64,000 nucleotides of DNA, taken from Gammaproteobacteria bacterium. GTDB taxonomy: Bacteria > Pseudomonadota > Gammaproteobacteria > Arenicellales > Poriferihabitantaceae. This document shows, in pieces, positions 50,047-64,000 of this stretch. Where the stretch lies: the NCBI GenBank assembly GCA_030432755.1, contig JAUILZ010000007.1, positions 92,389 to 156,388 on the forward strand, in the 5' to 3' direction. The notes beneath the pieces were generated by a model, which made no database searches, was not told the DNA's origin, and saw nothing but the letters and a program-made list of their open reading frames with translations. The translations under genes were made by a program, and so were the position numbers. The stretch's first letter is position 1; each line of letters begins with the position of its first letter.

Positions 50047-51807
50047 TCAGTCTGTGGTTACGCGTTCGATTTCCTCCAGGGTGGTAATCCCCTGGGCGAC
50101 CTTCTCCAGGCCGGACTGGCGCATGGTCCTGATACCCTCGGCGCGCGCCTGGCGCTCGATTTCCAGGGTCGATGACTCGGTCATGACCAGCTCGGCGATG
50201 GCGTCCGACATCGGCAGGACCTCGAAAATCCCGGTGCGCCCGCGATAGCCGCCGGTGCAGCCGCTGCAGCCCTCGGCCTCGTAGACCTGGAGATTCGGAA
50301 TATCTTCTTCGCGGAAGCCGGCGCGGATCAGTACGTCATCCGGCAGGTCCACCGGCTTGCGGCAGGAATCACACAGCCGGCGCACGAGCCGCTGGGCGAC
50401 GATGAGGCTGACGGAGGAGGCGATGTTGAACGGCGCCACGCCCATGTTGACCAGCCGCGTGAGCGAGCTCGGCGCGTCGTTTGTGTGCAGCGTGGAGAGC
50501 ACCAGGTGGCCGGTCTGGGCGGCCTTGACGGCGATTTCCGCGGTTTCAAGGTCGCGGATCTCGCCCACCATCAGGACGTCCGGGTCCTGGCGGAGGAAGG
50601 CCCGCAGCACGGTGGCGAATGTCAGCCCGATACGCTCGTTGACGTTGACCTGGTTGACCCCGTTGACGTAGATCTCCACCGGGTCCTCTACGCTGGAAAT
50701 ATTGCGCTCGGTGATATTGAGCATATTGATGGCGGAGTACAGGGACACCGTCTTGCCGCTGCCGGTGGGGCCCGTGACCAGGATCATGCCATGGGGTTGG
50801 CTGGTGGCCTCGCGGTAGTTACCCAGCTGCTTGTCCGTCATGCCGATGGTCTCGAGACCGAGATTGGCGGCCGAGGTGTCGAGCACCCGGATAACCATCT
50901 TCTCCCCGAACAGCGTGGGCATGGTGCTGATCCGGAAGTCGATGGTGCGGTTGCGGGAAAACTGGATCTTCATCCGCCCGTCCTGGGGCAGCCGGCGCTC
51001 GGCAATGTCGAGGGACGAGAGGATCTTGAGACGCGCGATGATCTTGTGCACCAGGCCCTTGGGCGGGTTGATCGCGTCGTGCAGCACGCCGTCGATGCGG
51101 AACCGGATCCGGGTCTTGTTCTCGTAGGGCTCGATGTGGATGTCCGAGGCGCCACGGCGGATGGAGTCCTGCAGGATCTTGTTGACGAATCGGACGATAG
51201 GGGTGTCGATCTTGAGATCGACCGCGGAGAAACCGTCGTCCTCGATCTCGGCCTCGAGGTCGATTTCATCGAGGCCTTCCTCGCTCACGATGTCGGTCAG
51301 GGAGACATCGGAATCCCTGTCCAGTACCTGCTCGAGCACCACTGCCAGCTTGCGCGGATCCACCAGCACCTGGCTCACGGAAAGGCCGGTATTGAACTTG
51401 ACCTCGTCCAGCGCGGTGGTGTTCGAGGGATCGCCCACCGCGATGAACAGCCGCGTGTCGCGGCGGAACAGCGGCAGGATGTAATGTTTCTCGACAAGCT
51501 GGGCGGGGATCGCCTCCAGCGGCGACAGTTCCATGTTCATGGCCTCGATGTCCATGAACGGGATGCCGAACTCCTCGGACACCAGCTCGCAGGCCTGCTG
51601 CGCCGGTATCGAGTTCTGCTCGATACACTGGAGGAAAAACGAGCGGTTTTCCTCCATCGCGCGCTTGTTGATTTCCTGCGCGGCGGCATCGCTCAGCAGG
51701 CCCCTGCGCACCATCTTGGAGGCCAGGCCGGGCAGCATGATCCCGCCCTTGGCCGCGGCGCTCTCGCCGTTCGCGGAATCCGGCTGTTCTTGTGCTTCAG
51801 ATGCCAT
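50047..51807 (-). CDS. pilB: Type IV pilus assembly ATPase PilB
   Basis: 586 aa. Walker A GPTGSGKT, EDPVE, RQDPDVLMVGEIRD, tetracysteine CDSC...CSGC. AGGAG lies upstream of the ATG. Confidence 0.96.
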   Translation of the reverse strand: MASEAQEQPDSANGESAAAKGGIMLPGLASKMVRRGLLSDAAAQEINKRAMEENRSFFLQCIEQNSIPAQQACELVSEEFGIPFMDIEAMNMELSPLEAIPAQLVEKHYILPLFRRDTRLFIAVGDPSNTTALDEVKFNTGLSVSQVLVDPRKLAVVLEQVLDRDSDVSLTDIVSEEGLDEIDLEAEIEDDGFSAVDLKIDTPIVRFVNKILQDSIRRGASDIHIEPYENKTRIRFRIDGVLHDAINPPKGLVHKIIARLKILSSLDIAERRLPQDGRMKIQFSRNRTIDFRISTMPTLFGEKMVIRVLDTSAANLGLETIGMTDKQLGNYREATSQPHGMILVTGPTGSGKTVSLYSAINMLNITERNISSVEDPVEIYVNGVNQVNVNERIGLTFATVLRAFLRQDPDVLMVGEIRDLETAEIAVKAAQTGHLVLSTLHTNDAPSSLTRLVNMGVAPFNIASSVSLIVAQRLVRRLCDSCRKPVDLPDDVLIRAGFREEDIPNLQVYEAEGCSGCTGGYRGRTGIFEVLPMSDAIAELVMTESSTLEIERQARAEGIRTMRQSGLEKVAQGITTLEEIERVTTD

Positions 51808-51941
51808 CGTTCAAACTGCTCCTGTCATTGGTGCCCCGGAACGCAGCGTCCTCCAAGACTGCCAGGGGGGCAGACCCGCTGCGGGCGTGGCTGGATACAA
51901 ATTTTCACCCATTACGTCGAATTCGGGGTTCGCGGAGCGTA

Positions 51942-51966
51942 AAAACCGAGTAAAATACTTGGTTAT
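51942..51966 (+). promoter_or_regulatory. Candidate IscR (Rrf2) type-1-like operator overlapping a candidate iscR promoter
   Basis: AAAACCGAGTAAAATACTTGGTTAT contains the inverted repeat AACCGAGTA-aaa-TACTTGGTT (8/9). It matches 18/25 positions of my recalled type-1 consensus ATASYYGACTRWWWYAGTCRRSTAT. It overlaps a possible -35 TTGGTT (51959-51964), with a 16-nt spacer to CATATT (51981-51986). Confidence 0.45.
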
Positions 51967-52000
51967 TCCCCGGTGACCCTCATATTCTGACCCCCATAGT

Positions 52001-52021
52001 CATTTATGCGCCATTTATGCG
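52001..52021 (+). repeat. Tandem direct repeat CATTTATGCG x2 (11-bp period) in the iscR 5' region
   Basis: CATTTATGCG at 52001-52010 and again at 52012-52021, separated by one C. The second copy ends 85 nt upstream of the iscR ATG. Confidence 0.6.
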
Positions 52022-52106
52022 TCGTTTGGCACCCTAGTTCGGGCGTGAGTCCAGCGCCCCCTTCGGCGCCGTTCCGCCCACTGACTGTAACCCGAATCCA
52101 GGCAAA

Positions 52107-52586
52107 ATGCGACTGACCACCAAGGGACGATATGCCGTCACCGCGATGATTGATCTCGCAATGAATCAGTCAGTTGGGCCTGTGTCCTTAAAAAGTATAT
52201 CAGATAACCAGGGCATTTCATTGTCGTACCTCGAGCAGTTGTTCGCGAAGATGAAACGCCGGGAACTGGTTGTGGGGGCCCGCGGGCCCGGGGGTGGATA
52301 CGTGCTGGCGCGGGACGTGGACAGCATCAGCATCGCCGACATCATTCTCGCGGTGGACGAACCGCTGGACATCACCGAGTGCGAGGGCGAGGAGAACTGC
52401 CACGATGGCAAACGTTGCCTGGCCCATGACCTCTGGTCGGAACTGACCGACCAGTTGCACGACTTCCTCTCCGGCATCCACCTCGGGGAGCTGATGCGCC
52501 GCAGCGGCATCGAGCAGGGGGCGGACGGCGCCCCGATGGTGCGCATCGCCCGGCGCAGTGGACAGCGCGTGTCGTTCCCGGAATAG
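52107..52586 (+). CDS. iscR: Rrf2-family Fe-S cluster regulator IscR
   Basis: 159 aa. MRLTTKGRYAVTAMIDLA, wHTH ISLSYLEQLFAKM, and cluster ligand region CEGEENCHDGKRCLAH. Confidence 0.9.
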   Translation: MRLTTKGRYAVTAMIDLAMNQSVGPVSLKSISDNQGISLSYLEQLFAKMKRRELVVGARGPGGGYVLARDVDSISIADIILAVDEPLDITECEGEENCHDGKRCLAHDLWSELTDQLHDFLSGIHLGELMRRSGIEQGADGAPMVRIARRSGQRVSFPE

Positions 52587-52637
52587 CCCCGGCGAATACC
52601 TGAAACCATTACGAAAGCAAAGCGATAGACCATAGAT

Positions 52638-54089
<1,452 letters not shown>

Positions 54090-54133
54090 GACCCGCGCCG
54101 GAAATCATTATCTATCAAGTACTACCAGGCAAC

Positions 54134-54886
<753 letters not shown>

Positions 54887-54887
54887 G

Positions 54888-56186
54888 ATGAACGATATCG
54901 TTTCCCGTTACCTGGAACAGTTCGTCGCCGCGGGTCCCGACGCCGGCGCCGCGCCCCCCTGGCTCAGGGAGCAACGCGACGCCGCCATGGCGCAGCTGCG
55001 CAAGCACGGGTTTCCCGGCCCCCGGGACGAGGACTGGCGCTATACCCCGCTCAAGCCCCTGGCCGGCAAGGCATGGGAAACGGCCGCCACCGGCGCCGCG
55101 GATATCGGCGGTATCGACGACCGGTTGATAGCGGGGCTGGACAGCCACCGGCTGGTATTCATTGATGGCGTGTTCAGTTCCGACCTGTCGACCACGGCGC
55201 TGGCGCAGGAGGGTATCTCGGTGCGCCCGTTGTCCGTGGTGCTACGGGAGGACGCCGGCGCATTGCCCGACACCATCCGTGGTGGAATCGATGCGCGCGA
55301 CGGCTTCCAGGCGCTCAACATCGCCTTCGCCCGCGACGGCTACGTGGTGGATATCGCGAGCGACAGCAAGCCTGATAAGACTCTCGAATGCCTGTTCATC
55401 GCCGCTACCGCCGGCAAGGCCGGACAGACGCGCAACGTGGTGCGCCTGGGCGAGCACGCCAGCGCCAGCCTGGTGGAGCGTCATGTCTCGCTGGACGGCG
55501 TCGACGCACTGGTCAACTGCGGCAGCCGCCTGCTGCTCGGTGCGGGCAGTTCCCTCGACTACCACCTGGTGCAGACCATGGATTCCGGGGTCAACATGAT
55601 CAGCGACACCGAGGCCGACCTGGGCGCCGACGCCACCCTGCGCATTCTCACCGCGACACTGGGTGGGGCGGTGGTGCGTAACAACCTGCAGGTGCGGCTG
55701 AACGCGCCCGGGGGGCACTGCGACATGCTCGGGCTGTACGCCGCCACCGGCCGCCAGCACGTGGACAACCACACCGGCGTGATTCACGTGGCACCCCATT
55801 GCACCAGCCGCGAGCTCTACAAGGGTGTGCTCGACCAGCGCGCGCGCGGCGTGTTCCACGGCCGCATCCGGGTGGATCGCGGCGCGCAGAAGACGGACGC
55901 CACCCAGGCCAACAACAACCTCCTGCTGTCGGCGAACGCGGAGATCGACACCAAGCCGCAGCTCGAGATCTACGCCGATGACGTCAAGTGCGCCCACGGC
56001 GCCACCGTGGGACAGCTCGACGAGACCGCGTTGTTCTACCTGCGCTCCCGGGGGATTTCCGCGGATGACGCGCGCTCACTCCTGACCTTCGCCTTCGTCA
56101 ACGAGGTCCTGTCGGAGATCGGCGTGGATGCTCTTGCGGAGTATCTTGGCGAAGGACTTGCACGGCGGTTGATCCAGCATGGATGA
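54888..56186 (+). CDS. sufD: Fe-S cluster assembly protein SufD
   Basis: 432 aa. The C-terminal beta-helix region is homologous to SufB (QKTDATQANNNLLLS, KPQLEIYADDVKCAHGATVG, RGISADDA). The start is taken at the ATG at 54888. Confidence 0.92.
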   Translation: MNDIVSRYLEQFVAAGPDAGAAPPWLREQRDAAMAQLRKHGFPGPRDEDWRYTPLKPLAGKAWETAATGAADIGGIDDRLIAGLDSHRLVFIDGVFSSDLSTTALAQEGISVRPLSVVLREDAGALPDTIRGGIDARDGFQALNIAFARDGYVVDIASDSKPDKTLECLFIAATAGKAGQTRNVVRLGEHASASLVERHVSLDGVDALVNCGSRLLLGAGSSLDYHLVQTMDSGVNMISDTEADLGADATLRILTATLGGAVVRNNLQVRLNAPGGHCDMLGLYAATGRQHVDNHTGVIHVAPHCTSRELYKGVLDQRARGVFHGRIRVDRGAQKTDATQANNNLLLSANAEIDTKPQLEIYADDVKCAHGATVGQLDETALFYLRSRGISADDARSLLTFAFVNEVLSEIGVDALAEYLGEGLARRLIQHG

Positions 56187-56643
56187 CAAGACCTCCAGTC
56201 GCAAGGTGCCCTTCGATCCGGCGCTGACCCCGCACGAGCAACTCATGCTGCAGCACGAGCAACTGGTGCGGGAAATGGCGGAAGGGAATGGCCCGTCAGA
56301 CGAGACTGATTCCGGAGCCGGCCCGCAAGGTGAAGTCGACGAGTCGGTGATCCACGATCGCGTGGTGGACGCGCTGCGCACGATCTACGATCCCGAGATC
56401 CCGGTCAATATCTACGACCTCGGCCTGATCTACCGGGTGGAGGTCAAGGGGCGATTCGTCGCCGTGGACATGACCCTCACCGCTCCCGGCTGCCCGGTGG
56501 CGCAGACATTCCCCGGCATGGTGGAAGGGACCGTGCGCCTGGTGCCCGGGGTCGAGGATGCCGTGGTGGAACTGGTCTGGGATCCGCCCTGGCGCCAGGA
56601 CATGATCAGCGAGGCTGCGCGCCTCGAACTGGGACTTATCTAG
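56179..56643 (+). CDS. sufT: SUF-associated Fe-S assembly protein, DUF59/MIP18 family (SufT-like)
   Basis: 154 aa. LRTIYDPEIPVNIYDLGLIY, TLTAPGCPV. It overlaps the sufD stop by 8 nt. Confidence 0.82.
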   Translation: MDDKTSSRKVPFDPALTPHEQLMLQHEQLVREMAEGNGPSDETDSGAGPQGEVDESVIHDRVVDALRTIYDPEIPVNIYDLGLIYRVEVKGRFVAVDMTLTAPGCPVAQTFPGMVEGTVRLVPGVEDAVVELVWDPPWRQDMISEAARLELGLI

Positions 56644-56669
56644 AAAAGCACACCCGAAGGGGGACCTGC

Positions 56670-56990
56670 ATGAGTGACTGGATCAACGCGGTGGCGGTGG
56701 GCGACCTGCCGCCGGGGGAGCATATCGTGGTGGAGGTGGAAGACGCCGTGATGGTGCTGTTCAATCTCGACGGCGAGTTCTTCGCCATGGAGGATATCTG
56801 TACCCATGACGGCAGCGAGATTTCCAGCGGCTGCATCGTCGACGGCTCCATCGAATGTCCGCGCCACGGCGCGCGCTTCGATATCCGTACCGGCGAGGTC
56901 ACCGCGCCACCGGCCTACGAGCCGGTGGACATCTTCCCGGTTCGGGTGGTGGACGGCGTGGTGCAGGTGCGGGACGACCGCTGGGACTGA
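56670..56990 (+). CDS. Rieske [2Fe-2S] ferredoxin
   Basis: 106 aa. Rieske ligands CTHDG ... CPRHGARF. It is the last gene of the suf cluster. Confidence 0.88.
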   Translation: MSDWINAVAVGDLPPGEHIVVEVEDAVMVLFNLDGEFFAMEDICTHDGSEISSGCIVDGSIECPRHGARFDIRTGEVTAPPAYEPVDIFPVRVVDGVVQVRDDRWD

Positions 56991-57045
56991 CTGCGCGCAC
57001 CGGGTTCTCTGGGTCGCTGGCTCCCGGCTTGTGGGTATCGAATGA

Positions 57046-58863
<1,818 letters not shown>

Positions 58864-58875
58864 TCCGTTTTTGCC

Positions 58876-60192
58876 ATGATCAGGATTCTCGACAGCGCAC
58901 GGGAGGACTTCGATGCGTCCCTGGCCAGCCTGCTGGACCGCGAGACCGGGGAGTCGGCCACCGATCCCGAATCGGTGGAGCGGGCAGTTGCCGACATCAT
59001 CAAGGCGGTGCGCGCACGCGGCGACGCCGCGCTGATGGAACTGACGGCGAAGTTCGACGGCCTGCAACCCGACGGCCCGGCGGCGATGGAACTGGGGCAT
59101 GAACGGCGGGATGAAATCTGCGCGTCGGTGAACGAACCCCTGGCGGACGCGATCCGCTTCGCCGCCAACCGGATTCGCCGCTACCACGAGCAGGAGGTCG
59201 CGCGTTCCTGGCAGATGCGCGAGGAGGACGGCACCGTGCTCGGGCAGAAGATCACGCCCCTGGACCGCGTCGGCGTCTACGTTCCCGGGGGCAAGGCGGC
59301 GTATCCCTCCTCGGTATTGATGACCGTCATTCCTGCCCGCGTGGCAGGGGTAAGCGAGGTGATCATGACCGTGCCCACGCCTGGCGGCGAGATCAACCCG
59401 GCCATCGTGTTCGCCGCTCGCGAGGCGGGTGTCGACCGGATATTCACCGTCGGCGGAGCCCAGGCGATCGCCGCGCTTGCCTGGGGAACGGAAAGCGTAC
59501 CCGCGGTGGACAAGATCGTCGGCCCGGGCAACATCTACGTCGCCACCGCCAAGCGCCAGGTCTTCGGCAAGGTGGGCATCGACATGATCGCCGGGCCTTC
59601 CGAGGTGGTGGTGATCTGCGACGACTCCGCGAACCCGGACTGGGTCGCGATGGACCTGTTCGCCCAGGCGGAGCACGATGAACTCGCCCAGTCCATTGCG
59701 ATCGCCGTCGGTGACGGCGTCGCCGACGCCGTGGCGGCCTCGGTGGCCAGGCTGTTACCGGAAATGGACCGCCGGGAGATCATCGCCGCCGCGCTGGAGT
59801 CCCAGGGGGCGATCATCCGCGCAGGCTCGCTGGAAGACGCGGCGCGCATCGCCAACCGGATCGCGCCGGAGCACCTCGAGCTGCTGCTCGCGGACGCGCG
59901 CGGCATGGTCGAGCATATCCGCCACGCCGGCGCCATCTTCGTCGGTTCCCATAGTGCCGAGTCGCTGGGCGACTACTGCGCCGGCCCGAACCACGTGCTG
60001 CCGACCTCCGGCACCGCGCGTTTCAGCTCCCCCCTCGGGGTCTACGATTTCCAGAAGCGCAGCAGCCTGATCCATGCGAGCGTGGAGGGCGCCGACGCCA
60101 TGGCGCGCCAGGCTTCCGTGCTGGCGCGCTGCGAAGGCCTCACCGCCCATGCGCGCTCCGCGGAGTACCGTATCCGGGGACGCGACGCATGA
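58876..60192 (+). CDS. hisD: Histidinol dehydrogenase
   Basis: 438 aa. [39 protein letters not shown]. Confidence 0.96.
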   Translation: MIRILDSAREDFDASLASLLDRETGESATDPESVERAVADIIKAVRARGDAALMELTAKFDGLQPDGPAAMELGHERRDEICASVNEPLADAIRFAANRIRRYHEQEVARSWQMREEDGTVLGQKITPLDRVGVYVPGGKAAYPSSVLMTVIPARVAGVSEVIMTVPTPGGEINPAIVFAAREAGVDRIFTVGGAQAIAALAWGTESVPAVDKIVGPGNIYVATAKRQVFGKVGIDMIAGPSEVVVICDDSANPDWVAMDLFAQAEHDELAQSIAIAVGDGVADAVAASVARLLPEMDRREIIAAALESQGAIIRAGSLEDAARIANRIAPEHLELLLADARGMVEHIRHAGAIFVGSHSAESLGDYCAGPNHVLPTSGTARFSSPLGVYDFQKRSSLIHASVEGADAMARQASVLARCEGLTAHARSAEYRIRGRDA

Positions 60193-61257
60193 GCGCCGCC
60201 GACGCGGCGGCAGCCGTCGAACGCCTGGTGCGTCCGGCGATCCGCCAGCTCAGCGCCTACCATGTGCCGCCGGCCGCGGGACTGGTCAAGCTGGACGCAA
60301 TGGAAAATCCCTACGCGCTGCCCGAGTCCCTGCGCGCCGGTTGGCTGGAATGCCTCGCCGCGGCGGAGATCAACCGCTACCCGGATCCCGGTGGCGCCAC
60401 GCTCACCGCGCTGATCCGCCAGGTATTCGACGTACCCGCGGAAAGTGACATTCTGCTCGGCAACGGCTCAGACGAGTTGATCCAGATGCTCGCGCTGCTG
60501 GTGGGTGGGCCGGGGCGGACTTTCCTCGCGCCGTCGCCCTCGTTCTCGATGTACGAGATGATCTCCCTGTTCACCGGCACGGGTTTCCGGGCGGTGCCGC
60601 TGGACTCCAGTTTCGGTCTCGACGCCGGAGCGATGCTGAAGGCCATCGGGGAGACGGCCCCCGCCTGCGTGTTCCTCGCCTATCCCAACAATCCCACCGG
60701 CAACTGCTTCGACCCTGAAGCGATCCGGGAGATCATTGCGCGCGCGCCGGGCCTGGTGGTGGTGGACGAGGCCTACTGCCTGTTCAGCGGCCAGACGTTT
60801 CTCACGGAATTGCCGGCGTATCCGAACCTGCTGGTCATGCGCACCCTGTCGAAAAGCGGACTCGCGGGCCTCAGGCTCGGCATGCTGATGGGAGATCCGC
60901 GCTGGACCCGGGAACTGGACAAGGTGCGCCTGCCCTACAACATCAATTGCCTCACCCAGGCCGGCGCCGCCTACTGCCTCGAGCACTACGCCGTGCTTGA
61001 GGCCCAGGGCAGGTCGATACGCGAGGAACGCGGCTACCTGCTGGAAGCGCTGGGCGCAGTTCCCGGCGTGACCGCATATCCCAGCGACGCCAACTTCATT
61101 CTCTTCCGCCTTGACCGCGATGCCGTAACGGTGTTCGAGCGGATGCGCGCCGACGGCGTGCTGATCAAGAACCTGCACCAGCCCGGTGGCGCGCTGGAAA
61201 ACTGCCTTCGGGTCACCGTGAGCACCCCGGAGGAAAATAGTACCTTCCTCGCTGCCC

Positions 61258-61283
<26 letters not shown>
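60189..61283 (+). CDS. hisC: Histidinol-phosphate aminotransferase
   Basis: 364 aa. [20 protein letters not shown]-lysine context [14 protein letters not shown]. The start overlaps the hisD stop (ATGA). Confidence 0.93.

Positions 61284-64000
<2,717 letters not shown>

Noticed and set aside
52027-52041. A sigma54-like element TGGCAC-N5-TTCG upstream of iscR.
   Set aside because: The near-invariant GC dinucleotide of the -12 box (TTGC) is replaced by CG. No enhancer-binding-protein gene is nearby.

Overview
GC-rich (strong G/C third-position bias) gammaproteobacterial-type core chromosome with near-continuous coding on both strands. I support 60 CDS. In order: the origin-proximal yidD-yidC-mnmE...mnmG cluster, a glutathione/formaldehyde group (gor, adhC, fghA), and a complete dcw division/cell-wall cluster (mraZ to ftsZ, then lpxC). 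After that come secA-argJ-mutT, coaE-pilDCB, iscR-sufBCD-sufT-Rieske, murA-hisDC and coaD-fdx-tmcA. I saw no rRNA, tRNA, CRISPR array, transposase or integrase. The one non-housekeeping element is a two-gene module (3372-6035) between mnmE and mnmG. It pairs a MotA/TolQ/ExbB-type channel protein with a protein that has an ExbD/TolR-type N-terminal helix and a possibly ExbD-like C-terminal domain, separated by about 370 residues of leucine-zipper coiled coil. No TonB, TolA, Pal, flagellar or Zorya partner gene is nearby. I read it as a candidate uncharacterised 5:2 ion-driven motor whose spanning arm is fused to the B subunit. A duplicated 14-nt promoter/start segment flanks it, consistent with an old insertion. 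Other observations: an MraZ-box operator at the dcw promoter, an IscR-type palindrome and an 11-bp tandem repeat upstream of iscR, an orphan ParF-like ATPase, a methyltransferase-GT2 fusion, and several missing expected neighbours (ddl, hisG, pilA, sufS). Family assignments come from motifs read in the translations. No database search was run.
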